Assembly: GCF_037042905.1 (NCBI RefSeq)
Contig: NC_087255.1
Coordinates: 9,796,001 to 9,860,000, forward strand
Length of the DNA: 64,000 nt
From: Lytechinus pictus
Taxonomy: Eukaryota
Direction of reading: 5' to 3'
Part shown: piece after piece, positions 49,288-62,152 of the stretch
Position numbering within the stretch: the stretch's first letter is position 1
Layout of the letters: each line of letters starts with the position of its first letter
The notes under the pieces: model-generated
Seen by the model: only the letters and a program-made list of their open reading frames with translations
What the model was told of the DNA's origin: nothing
Database searches by the model: none
Made by a program: the position numbers and the translations under genes

Positions 49288-50877
49288 CCTGTATCGGCCG
49301 CACAGAAACGCTGTTAGCGTAACATTTCACTAACACTGCCGTAACAAAGGGCCCTGTTACAACCGGTAATCTCGCTGCGATGGCTATAATGCATTATTTA
49401 CATCTGAGATCAACGCTTGACATCACAATCTGTATAGTATTATCCATTAACAAATCAGCTCCAAACAACATGGGTAGAAATACCGCACAGAAGGCACAGA
49501 AAGCTGTTGTTAGGGGATTAGAGTGAGGCAAACTCTATTATTTGTGCGTAGTGATCTAGATTTAACTTAGATTTACGTATGATTATTTGCACATCCTACA
49601 AGTTTAAAATCTTGTCTAGGAAAGGGTAAAGGAATGGAATTCATTATCATATAGGCCTACAAAATTGAATTATTATTACATTTTAAACAAGAAATGGCAG
49701 CAGATAGTATATATATATTTACTAATGTAATTAAAAAAATATCGAATAAGCTTCAAAAAAATTGCCTATCATGATATTACGATGGAGATTCTGTACCAAA
49801 AAATGAAATCCCACCTTCCATCAGTTTCTTTTGTTGAAAATGCTCTTCACAGACTTCATTCATCATGCTCATGATAGAGTATTTGCCAATGATGGTTATC
49901 ATACGATAAATGATATATCTTGGAAGAAAAAAATCTTTGAAAAGGATCATAAATTTCGGCACTAATCAACATCCCCCGCTATATACCTATTCCTAAAGAG
50001 GTACAGGCTAAAGAAAAAAATACGGTTTGAACAGTAAAGTGAAACAAACAAAACACTGTCAAATTGATAAAAATTGGAAATGAATACAAAAAATTATGGT
50101 ATCTTAAAATTTTGCATTAGGCCCTATTTCGGTAAAATTTATATTCATGTCTTCAGGAATATGCAATGAGGGTCTGTTGTATCATACAAACTTAGGTTTA
50201 TATAAGTTTTGTCCACACAGAATATTGCTTCAAAGATCATCATTTTGTTACTCGGGCGAAATACACACATTTGAGACAATTATACGAGTCCATTTCAATA
50301 AAATCAGAAAAGGGGGAAAGAGCTAGAGGATATGACATTATCGTTCCATTGATTGCATATTCATGGCCACATGTTGCTCAGTAATATCAATTGCAAAGTA
50401 CAGTGTTATATTTTTAATATATAAGAATTTTGTTATTTTCTATCAGATTTTGATGAAATTTTCTACAATTTGCTCATCTAATTTTACTCATTTTTTGCAT
50501 ATACAGTTGGGCCCAGAATACCCCTTTAATTCGGTCGAGGTATATTTTAAATTACTTGGTATGAGCAAGGGAGACAAGTTTTAAAGAGAGAAAGTATTCA
50601 CTAACATCGTCACTATTGGTGTTCTTGGCACCGTCAGTGATTTGTATTAACATTAGCGCCACTGTTAGCTTCTGCTAACTTGCTAAGCCTTTTATTGTTA
50701 GATTATTAGCAATTCGGCTAAGCTTCTGTGAGTTTATCGATACCGGTAGGCCTACCTTTAGTGCACTGTTAGTGAAAACAATGTGTCAAGGCGGTGGTCA
50801 CCCGTGAAAGGTGTGACTGGCCCTAATGTTTGCGTTCTGTTACGCTAACAACGCTTCTGTGCCGTCGCCACTGGTGT
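49288..50877. mobile_element. Nested TIR element (hAT-like)
   Basis: gcacagaaacgctgttagcgtaaca ... tgttacgctaacaacgcttctgtgc inverted ends. Confidence 0.65.
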
Positions 50878-51633
50878 ACAAGGAGTTGTCGACTGTGGTA
50901 TGTGCTAGGATGTTCAGGGGCGTTGATTCGTGTGGGCGTGGTGTGTTTAGTGGGGGCGTTGTTAGAAGGGGTGGGGTAGCGGTAATTTGGGGAATGGAGG
51001 GAAGTCGATACAGCTCTTAGTTATGCCGACTCAAAAGCTGAAAGAACAGTTACTCATTCTTGATATAACAGCGAATCATTTATCTGAAAACAACCCTTTA
51101 TAGCTCATGTCTAACACTTAATTTAATGAGCTCATGAGCTCAATTACTCATTCTTGATATAACAGTGAATCATTATTGAGAAAACATTATCATATACATG
51201 TATCTGACTGTCTGCACTGGATTTTCTGCATTTGCTCATGACAGTATCAATTAAAACATCTATCAAATAAAAAGGGGTTGTCGTTCAATTTGTCTAGTTA
51301 TCTAGTGTTATTTTGGGAATATAAAATATATGTTATTGAGAATGAGTGTTAATAACGAATGTGAGGTTGTGCATGACGCTTTATTCCGATTAATTGTGTC
51401 CATAGTAATTCAGTCAAGTTGCAATACCAACATGCTGGGTGTATGAATGTAGGCCCTATGGTTCGACCTGCTGTCTAATATAGATATATGGACTGCTTTG
51501 AGAGGCATGGTTGTTTCTAGAGGCTCAATGGGACCGGAACGCGACTATGCCCGAGGGCATGATCTGGCCGATGCGGTACCCGCGAGCCGAAAGAAACAAC
51601 CGTGTCTCGAATATTAAAGCAGTCCATATATAT

Positions 51634-52620
51634 TTTATAAACCGAATTAATCGTTGGATCTACAAAATGTTAGGGCCTAGATTTAGTCTAGATCTTAAAC
51701 AAGTTAGGCCTAAAACCAATCGCTATAGGCCCCAGGCTAACTTTAGGCCTAGGCCCTAACTTTGCCCTGCCCTCGAAGTCGAATATCAAAGCATACCGGT
51801 ACTACTGGTCGGCCTAGATATTTTAGGAACCAGATTAGGGTATGAATAGGCATAGATCTAACCTAACGTAAACAGTCTTAAATTTCCATTAGAGTCTAGA
51901 TCCAACGTTAGATCTCTAGACTACGTCAGATTTAAGATTAAATGGAACATTAGGCCTAGAATCTAGGTCTAGTTAGATCTAAGTTAGATCTAGCGTTAGA
52001 GTCATGGCCTACTAACTCTAAGCTAACGTTAGATCTAACGACAACATTACCTTACGTTGTCGTTTGTCATACCTAACGAGTTACGTTATAGATCTAGCCT
52101 ATAGAAAGTGAAATGAACGTCTTATCTTTTCACCCGACTCACCTTTTGCGAGCATGCATTTGACCGACCAACTGCAACAAGACTTGATGATTAATACATC
52201 CGTTATGTCCTTAATAATTGGTTTCTTTTCAATAATGCCATATATTAGGAATTAGCAAGCAAAATTCAAAGATCGGCATCGTTAAATCGATTTGTCATAT
52301 CCGTTGCGCACACTTGCGCAATAGGCGCGTAAATGCGCGAATTGTCTAAAACTTTCGATCAAATCAGGTGGATATTTTTGGTATTCGCAATCCCCGCAGA
52401 AAGCAACATTTTGCATAAATGGGGATCTCAGGCAAATTTTGCTACGCCCGTCGTTAAGGGGCGGGTCAGGGGGAAACGGGCAGAAATCTTGTTAACTATG
52501 CCCGTTGCCCTTGTGTACCACCTTAGTTTGTTGTTTTGCAGGCATGGTGGTTTACATGACCTCAATTTTGACCAATCAGAGGAACGGATTATTTGACATT
52601 CTTAAAGAGAGGTTTATAAA
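51634..52620. mobile_element. Nested element with 10-bp inverted ends
   Basis: tttataaacc ... ggtttataaa; interior rich in tagatcta/taggccta palindromes. Confidence 0.45.
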
Positions 52621-53570
52621 AAAAGTTAATAACTTTTAGAGCTTAAATTTCCACTAAATATTTCATAGTTTAAATTATATCCCAAGCATACTATCATTCA
52701 ATTAATCTTGAATTATACATCGGATTTTGAATACTTGCAACATTGTGCAGATAGCAGAATTAACGATGGAAATAAAAATAATCTACATTTTCCTGAATAA
52801 ATTAAAAACATAGGGACCAAAAAACGCCCTCTACTACGCTACGTAGCTACAAAACCTACGCCTCAGAAGTCACCTAAGGTTCGTCTGATGTTGAAATTTT
52901 GCTTAATTTTCATATTGTCATTGTGTTATTAAAACAAGAAAAATCTCCATTGTACATTCAACAGTGTGGGTGAGCATGGGTGTGAAGAATGCCTATGATG
53001 TTGTTGGTGAGTATGGTGTGAAGAATGAATATGAGGGTGCGGGTTGATATGGGTGTGAAGATTAAATATACGGGAGTTGATGATCATTGGTGTGAAAAAA
53101 AAATGTGAGGGTGCGGGTTACTCTGGGTGTGAAGAACGAATATGAGCGTGTGGGTGAGTATGATGTGAATAATGAATATGAGGGTGCGGTTGAATATGGG
53201 TGGGTGAAGAATGAATATACGGGAGTTGATGATCATTGGTGTGAAAACAAAAATATGAGGGTGCGGGTTACTCTGGGAGTGAAGAACGAATATGAACATG
53301 TGGGTGAGTATGGTGTGAAGAATGAATTTGAGGGTGCGTGCTACTATGGAAGTGAAGAATGAATAAAATAAGGATGCGGTTGAGTTTGGGTGGGTGAAGA
53401 ATTAATATACATGTAAGGGATGTTGATAAATATGGGTATGCATGTGAGGCTGTGGGTTAGAATAGGTGTGAACAGAATAATGTAAAGTTGTGGTTGATTA
53501 TGGGTGTGAAAAATGAATATGATGTTGTAGGTGAGTATGGTGGAAGAATGAATATACAGGTCTGAGTGAG

Positions 53571-54912
53571 TGTCAGAGCGCCCCTGAATTAGTTAACTAC
53601 TTTTCCCTCTGCCTTGAATTCTTGTTATCCATTTGAAAGGAGCTGCACTTGGTCTTAATAATTGATATGCAAATCAACTCCACCACTTTACTGTAGGTTG
53701 AGTGCACAGTTTGTATAGTCAGTGGGGTGTGGAGCTATGTTGGGTGAGTTGCAGAGGTCTATACAGAAAGCTGGGACCATTTTATGATTTTTACTGAGGG
53801 AACACGCAGACCCTCACTGAGAAGGATTTCTTCTAGTTTTATTTTGCCAGCTTCAAGCTATTTACTGGCAGTTGGTTATTATTTCTACATTCCAGAAATC
53901 AAGTGTAAGTCTGTGATATTTCTATATTTTTTTTGAGGCAATTAATTTGTTCTGAAAGGTGACATTTTAAAATAGATGAGAGAATGTTGGTTTTGCAGTA
54001 ACATCAAATTAATAATCCATTCATTGGTATTTATGAAGCATATTTTGCAAAGGAAATTAAGACGTGACAGATTACCACTAATTATAAATTTGTGTATGTT
54101 TTTGACATAATTTAATGTGATCTACAACTTTTAATAGGAACTCAAGTTGTATAGCAGGTTTTATCATGAAGAAGTTTACTATAATTGTCAGGTGGCTCCT
54201 ATTTCATGGAAAGACTGATCCACGTCCGATTCCATGTCATTCATTCTGAAGGGGGCGCTATTCACGCTATTTATTCTGAGTGAACTACTCTACGTGATTG
54301 TGATCTCGGATCTGCTTTGTGACCCCAATCTGGGTGAGGGGGAGGTGATACGAGCGTTCCATTCTGCGATACATGGATTCATAGACAGTTCATCGATGAC
54401 GATTAAGTGATCAACGATCAACGTTTGTTCGATGTCAGTAAGTCTTTTCGACCGGTAAGCGGATATCGTTTTCAAGGAACATCTATATGCTCTACATTGG
54501 TGTTTACTCACTACGGAACTTTACTCGATGAGCATCGCTCTGATTCCGAAATCGCATATGCCAAAGACAATGATTGAACTGGACTAAAACAAGCTATTTC
54601 CACCTGAAATAATTGTATATGAGCTCAAATGTCATGCCGGTCCGGTTTTGATATTAATAATCCTTTTTCCAAAATTTACATATCAAAGTGTAATCTGTCA
54701 CTCTAGGGGTTTTAGTCTTTGTATTTCATATTCATTTCACTTGTAGTTATGAATGATGTACTTCGACTAGAGTTAAAGGAATTTACAAAGAGGAGTGATT
54801 GACTGTAAACCTTGAAAAGGTGATAGTTTGAATATTCTGTTAATAAAGCTAAACTTAAATTTAAAGTAGTCGTTCTGTTTTTATTATTCTGTGTACAAGC
54901 TTTTACCTGACA
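53571..54912 (+). mobile_element. Solo LTR (1342 bp)
   Basis: gtgag|TGTCAG ... CTGACA|gtgag: TG..CA ends, 6-bp terminal inverted repeat, 5-bp TSD, aataaa at 54842. Confidence 0.85.
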
Positions 54913-55999
54913 GTGAGTATGGTGAGAAGAATGATTATGAGGGTGTCGGTTAGTATGGGTGAGAAAAATGAATATGAGGGTGTGGGTGAGCATGGGTATG
55001 AAGAATGAATATGAGATTGTGGGTGAGTATGGTAAGAAGAATGAATATAAGGGTGTGAATGAGTAGAGTGAGAAGAAAGAGGATGTGGGTGAGTTAGGTA
55101 AGAAGGATGAATATGAGGGTGTGGGTAGGTATGTAAGAAGAATGAATATGAGAGTATGGGTGAGTATGAGTGTAAATAATGAACATGTGGGTGCGTGTGA
55201 GTAGAGTGAGAAGAATGAATATGAGGGTGTGTGTGAGTAGAGTAAGAAGATTAAATGAATATGAGAGTATGGGTGAGTATGGGTGTGACAAAAAGATGTG
55301 AGGGTGCATGTGGGTGAGTATGAGTGTGAAGAATGAATATGAGGGTGTGGGTGAGTATGGGTGTGAAGAATAGATGTGAAGGTGTGAGTGAGCATGGGTT
55401 TGAAGAATGAATATGAGGGTGTGGGTAAGTATGGGTGTGAAGAATAAATGTGAGGGTGTGAGTGAGCATGGGTGTGGACAATGAATATGATTTGGGTGTG
55501 AGTATGGTGAACAGAATGAATACTAGGGAACACGTGTGTATGAGTATGGCGTGAAGTTGATAAAAAGCTTCGGTGTCTGTTATACTGGTTGTTCTGCTGA
55601 ACTCCGTTGGCTCCACTCATCAATTACAGAGACCGAAGTTCTTACTTGATCTGTACAGTGACTCAATGGCAGAAATGCAAAGTTAAAAAGAGCCCCCACA
55701 AACAAGTTTAATGTTATCATTATTGTCAAAGTACATAACCTATTACGACCGCCGTATTTAGATCGTACCCTTGTACTAATTTCTTACCCTATATCCTCGA
55801 CTGGATAATGGCTAACAACAATTTTTTAATGAGATTCCAATCGTTCGTTGTAACCTGTAAGCTGCCATCTTGGTTCTGAATATTCATGAAGTGACGACAG
55901 TCTCCTACCCCTTGACCATTACGTCACTACAGTGCCCGGATGTTCCATGAGTTGAACGTTTGTCGCTTGTGTACGATCGACAAGCAATCCAACCCGATA

Positions 56000-58118
56000 T
56001 AGTCCAGGATAGAAGAGGCATAACCTTGTTTTTTTATATATACAATATTTTTTTATGGTTTCTTGTCAATTCGAGGGTGCTGATTACGAATCTGGATGAT
56101 GCCACTCGTGTAACCTTGAGCATTTTCCGCAAATTGGCAAAATCCAATATGGCCTCCAAAATATTCAAATTACCCATGAAAATCATAAAATTGTCCACAC
56201 ATTGACTATGAAATGCATGAAATTGTGTGGCAGGAGTGAAATACTCTCTGAAAAAATAATTTTTGACAAAATATTTATTTTCCTGATATTCAAAATGGCC
56301 GCCAAAGGCCCTTGTATACTCTATTATGTACAATATGAATAGGGAAAACTAATTTTCACATAAATGAGCACTAAAGTGCAAAAAAATGTATGAACGAAGT
56401 AATATATGCAAATCATCATTACTAACGAGATATATCATTTATTATGTCATATATGGGAACATTTCTATATTTTGATATCTAAAATAGCCGCCACTGGCCC
56501 AAACAGTATTGCGTATATGGCAATGGGGGCCAAAAAAAATCACAAGAGTGCCGATTAAACGAGTGGAATACTGACTAAAAACATAATTGTTAACGAAATA
56601 TATTATTAATATGCCATGTATGTGATGAATGTTTTATTTTGATATTCAAAATGGCTGCCAAAGGCCCTAAACGTATTATGCACAATGAGAAAGAGGAGCA
56701 AAGAAATCACAAGAGAGAGCACTAAAATGCATATATATGTGATAAATTAATGGGATACTGTCTAAAACATATTTTCTAACGAAATATATCATTCAGGTTT
56801 CAAGTTTGTGTTAAATACTGTATTTTGACTTTCAAAATGGCCGCCATAGACATTAACAGTATCATGTACAATGCAAAGTGGGAAACCAATATTCACATAA
56901 GTAAGCACCATAAATGCATGTAATAGTGATCTATGAGTAAGATATTGTCTGAAAGCATAATTTCTATTAAGATATATCATTTATTTTGTCAGTTAGGTGA
57001 TAAATACTGTTATTGGAAAGTCAAAATGGCCGCTACAGGCCCTTATGGTATTATGCACAATGTGAATGGAAACAAATTATTTCAACAGAATTTGGCTTTG
57101 CTTGTCCAAATGGTGATGTATGAGTGTAATATTGTCTGAAAACATGATTTATAACAAAAGATGTCATATCCTATGTAATTTAGGTGATAAATACTGTATT
57201 TCAACATTCAAAATGGCTGCCATATGCCCTTTTTGTGAACATTATTTGTCTCCACTCAAATTGTATATTATACGATAAGGGCCTATGGTGGCCATTTTCA
57301 ATTTAAAAATGCAGCATTTATCAACTTAATTACACATGATATGATATATCTCGGTAGAAACCATGGTTTTAGACAATATTTCACCCTTTCACAATTCACA
57401 ATTATATGCAATATTTAAAGTCAAGCAAAGCCAAATTCTGTCAAAATTATATGTCCCATGTTACAATGTACAAAATACTTTTAGGACCTATGGCAGCCAT
57501 TTTGGATTTCAAAGTACAGCATTTATTACCTCCACGACCAATATGTGATGTATTCACTTAGAAATCATGTTTAAGACAATATTGTTACTAGTATATCACA
57601 GTTATATGCAATTTATGATTCTCACTCTTGTGAAAATTAGTTTCTCTATTCGCATTGTACATGATAAATATAGGGCCTATGGCGGCCATTTTGAATGTCA
57701 AAATACAGCATTTATCACATAAATGGTATATTAATGGCAAAGATGTTTTTAGTATTCCACTCGTTTATCTTAATAATATGCGTTAGAGTGCTCAGTCTTG
57801 TCATTTTTGGGCCCAGGCCATTGCCATTGTACATAATACTCTTTGGGCCAGTGGTGGCTTTTAGATATCAAAATACAGTGTACACAATACTTTTAGGACC
57901 TATGACAGCCATTTTGGATTTCAAAGTACAGCATTTATTACCTCCACGAGCAATATGTGATGTATTCACTTAGAAATCATGTTTAAGACAATATTTGTAC
58001 TCGTATATCACAGTTATATGCATTTTATGATTCTCACTCTTTTGAAAATTAGTTTCTCCATTCGCATTGTACATGGCCTATGGCGGTCATTTTGAATGTC
58101 AAAATACAGCATTTATCA
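56000..58118. repeat. Partial foldback element with caaaatggccgcc subrepeats
   Basis: aaaatggccgcc units at 56280-57225 and inverted ggcggccattttg units at 57280-58115; near-identical internal duplication (57475 vs 57886). Confidence 0.7.
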
Positions 58119-58139
58119 TATTTATCGTATTTTGATTGA

Positions 58140-59223
58140 GTTAGGTATACCTCTATAATAATTCTATAACAAACTTTTTAAAATCCCCTTTACATAGCAG
58201 TTTATCAATAAAAATTTGGGCTAGTGATTTGCGCTCGCATGACCAATTGTTACAAATATATATTTACCCATGCATCCTATCAATTTTCATTTTCATATGA
58301 TGACGAATGTTCTTAGAATGTCCCGGTCGTAGGTCAAAATAAAAATAAGACAAAATCAACCCGCGCTTCGCGCTCGCATCATTTATTAAGTGCAATCCAT
58401 ATCCACTTCACAATTTTCCAACACAGTGCTTAAAATAGTACTTATATTGAGCCTTTTTGAGATCGGAATGTCAAATATTTTCAGCTCGCGCTCGCATTAT
58501 TGACCTTCGTGATAATAAAAATATTGAAGACCCACATTCTAATCTAAACCTAGAACACGCTCACGCATGTTCTTTATTCAAAACGTGCTTAAATTATCCA
58601 GTTTCAGATAAGACTATAAAAAAAAATCTTCTTGCGCTTCGCGCTCGTATTATTTATGTAGGAAGATACCCAATTGCCCAGTTTTCATGACTTGCAAAGC
58701 ATAAATAGAGTGTCTCCTTTTTGGTCTAAATCTCGCGCTCGCATCAACCGTTTAGTCAGGCCTATAATACCTTTCCTGTTCATAATTACATAAAAGTGCA
58801 TAGAATTCCACTTTTAGGTCAGAACGTCAACAAAATTTCAGCTCGCGCTTCGCGCTCGCATTAATCGATTATTGAAATATACATTGTCTTCAAACTGAAA
58901 ACAGTCCCTTTTCGATCAGGCTAAATATATAAAAACTTTATGATCGTGCTTCACGCTTGCATCTTGTTCAGGATCACAAAAATTGCCCAGAATGTTCAAT
59001 TTTCAGGAAACAAAAAATTGCTCGCGCTTTGCGCTCGCACTTTTAACACAGGGCTTATGAGATTATTATATATGTATGATGTTTAAAAAGAATAAAGCTA
59101 TAGTAACTGTTAGGACTACCGCTTCAAAGAAACAAAAAAAAAATATTTGATCGGCTGATCGGGGAAAAGATAGGTGAAAAAAAATGCCCCCCCCCCCCAT
59201 TGGCAAATGCTGGATCCGCCCCT
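58140..59223. repeat. gcgcttcgcgctcgc-family interspersed repeat
   Basis: Periodic gctcgcgcttcgcgctcgca motifs ending ctggatccgcccc; relatives at 44445-44648, 60430-61445 and 34330-36130. Confidence 0.7.
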
Positions 59224-61748
59224 TGCAGCAGCAGTAGTAAATGTACTAGCAGTGCCATCAATTGTAATTATCACCATTATCAAGAATTATCATCACATAT
59301 GTGACCAAAAAAAACAGCAGTGATAAACAATAACATTTGTTATCGGTAATGTGTTGTAATCATGACTAATGACGATAATGACAATATTAATAATAATGAT
59401 TATGATAGGGAATAATGATTAGGAATAATTCTGAAAGATCTGACCGCAATTTTGACAACAATTTTCATACTTAAAAACTCTAAAGAATGATAGCAAGGTT
59501 GATTTCTACTCCATTAGGATTTTCCTTGTATTATTCTCTTTGGCCAACAAGAATGTTTTTAGTCTTAATGATATTTTGAAAAGATTTGGTAAACTTGAAC
59601 ACAATCTTCAATTTTGTCATATCCAAATCGACTATGTCAATGGCATGATGAGCAAAAAAAATTGAGGGGTCAATCATGGCATATAGAGCAACATTTTTGC
59701 CAAAAAATGTTGAAAGCGATCGAAGCGAACGATGGATTGTGACAATGTGTTTAGAAAATAATATCACATTTTCTCCTTTTCCTTTTCTAAGTTAATTATT
59801 GGTGGTGGAACTTCTTCTCTATCCCTCCCTCTCTCTCTTTTTTTTTTTTTTTTTTTTTGGGGGGGGTCTGATCCGAGAAAGAGGAATGACGAGAAAGAGG
59901 AATGGGGAGAGAGAGAGAGAGGGGAGAAGGAGGTGAAACATGTGAGGGCGTAAAAAAGATGGGGGTGACACATATGGCTGGTTTGGTAGAATATACTGCA
60001 AAATCAGTTAATTATGTTGATAGGCAGTACATCTTTTCTAAATTTCATATATTTTTTTTTGGGATTGACAAAACAAAGTAAACAAAAATGTTTACTTCTT
60101 TTTAATCATATGGTTCGACAGTGAATTCTATTTCACTACAGTTTCAAGGAAAAAAACAACGTATTTGTTTTTGTATCAAAATGGTTTAATAGGAGGCTCT
60201 ATTTGACTGTTTCAAGAAATAATTAAGATTTACCCTACCCCAACTAAGGACATGGGGTGCGCATTTTTTATTTCATATCCATTTGAATATAATTTCATTT
60301 TGCTAGTATTCTTTATTCCGGTATTTTGTGGTAAAATAAGTGAGCAAGATACAAATAAGGAGAATTGAAATTTAAAAGTGGTTGTAAGCAGAAAAAACAT
60401 GAAAACTGACAAGAGTCCTAAAAATGACTCATTTTCAGGTCAGCATTTGAAAATTTCAACTTGCCCTCTGTGCTCTCTTGCTCCCCCCTAAAAATTCCCT
60501 GTAGGAAAAAATGCCCCTCTTTTCAAAATCGAAAATGCCTTTTTTTCCAAATGAAATATGCCCTTATTTCAAATAGAAATACCTTTTTCATAGTAAAACA
60601 TAATACATTATAATACATTTTAGATTCGAAAATCGTAAAAATTGTTGGATCGCGCTCGCATCCATATTGTTAAGTACCGTACTAATCCTGTTCATGGTTA
60701 TAATGATGTTTAGAATGTCCAGTTTTCAGGTTGGAATATCACAAATTTTTGGCTTGCGTTCTGCACTCGCATCAATTACCGTTTAGTAGGTTACTCCTTC
60801 TATTCCCGTTCACAAAAAAAAAATCTTAGAATGTCCAGTTTTCAGGTTGGAGTATCGAAAATTTATGAGCTCGCACTTTGCGCTTGCATTATTTAATTGG
60901 TGAGTTATGTATGCCATTTATCAGTCACTAAATGCAGTCCTTAACAGCTTTCTTTTCTGGTCAGTATATTAAAATTTTCAGCTCGCGCTTCGCGCTCGCG
61001 TTAATTCTTTAGTTAGATACACATCTATTTCATGATTATAAAAACAGCTCGGAATATTCAATTTTCTTTTCTTATAACACAAAATGTCCAGAGGTTTGAG
61101 CTCGTGATTCGCGCTGGCAACATCTCGCAAGGATGCCCTTTTAACAGTGAATAGCGCCATAAATTGACCAAAAATCGAGTTTCACAACTTCAGAATTGAT
61201 TTTTTTAACCGCTTGCTCGCTACGCTTTCTCACAGAAAAATATCAAATCAAATATTCATCTTATCAATAATAGGAATCACTTAAAAAAGCTTTGCTTAAC
61301 TTTATTTCTACAAAACACACAACTATTTTACGCAGTTGATAATCTCATTTGGAAAATATCTGTTTGCACCAAAATGCCAATTTTGACATATAAGTGCCCT
61401 TTTTGGCTTCGACCCCCCAGAAAAAAACCCGCTCTGCCACCCCTGTCCAAGGGAGTGGAGAAAAAGCATACGTTGAGAATGGGCATGTCAGGATCAGATG
61501 ACCTTGTTAATAATAAGTATTGCGATGTAAATGGCCTAAAAAATAATGTAATACATGTAATACAAAGGTAATTGTATTATTGTTTTTATATTATGTCTAA
61601 ATCTATCGTAAAATTATTTTTGTTTTACATGTACAAGGGTAAAATATTTGCTCGCTCACATCTTTTATACATTTTGCCCTGTGTGCCATGTTTGCCGCCT
61701 AAGCATTGTTGGCTCATTGTTCCACACATCGAAAGTTTGAAATGCTTT

Positions 61749-61980
61749 GGCCTTAAGGTTTTCAGGCATTGGCCTTGGGTTTCCATGCCTCGGCCTTGGC
61801 CTTGAGTATAGAAGCCTTGGCCTTGGAGGTTTGAGCCTTGACTACAACACTGTTAGCTAGTTTTTCAGGCATTTGCCTTGGCCTTGGGTTTCCATGACTG
61901 GGCCTTGGCTTGGGTATTGAGGCCTTGGCCTTGAGTATTAAAGCTTTGGCCTTGGAGGTTTGAGCCTAACTACAGCACTG
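61749..61980. repeat. Duplicated ggccttg-rich element end
   Basis: Two ~100-120-bp copies ending gactacaacactg and aactacagcactg. Confidence 0.7.
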
Positions 61981-62092
61981 TTACACTGACATGATAAATA
62001 AACATCTTAAGGAATTTTGGTATAAATTCAGGAGGATACGTGTCCCACTAGTTTAATAATGCGCGCGCGAAACGCGAGCTGGAACTTGTTAA

Positions 62093-62152
62093 CCCTTTGT
62101 GTGCGGGCCCCACTGATCTCTCCACTAGGGGAGAGATCAGTGGCGGGCCCGC
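62093..62152 (+). mobile_element. Probable piggyBac-like left terminus with a strong hairpin
   Basis: ttaa|ccctttgtgtgc followed by gcgggccccactgatctctcc-actagg-ggagagatcagtggcgggcccgc; partner end not in window. Confidence 0.45.

Larger units (their letters stand above)
48059..52966. mobile_element. CACTG-terminated (CMC/EnSpm-like) element with nested insertions
   Basis: cactgtt ... aacagtg termini, with tgggtg on both flanks; the minisatellite resumes after it. Confidence 0.55.
47920..55560. repeat. ~37-bp GT/purine-rich minisatellite split into three blocks (47920-48058, 52967-53570, 54913-55560)
   Basis: Unit approximately gggtgtgaagaatgaatatgagggtgtgggtgagtat; explains the His/Thr-rich minus-strand ORFs. 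Confidence 0.88.

Noticed and set aside
54712-55623. 303-aa His/Thr/Ser-rich minus-strand ORF and similar ORFs at 47801 and 53084
   Set aside because: Translation of the 37-bp minisatellite.
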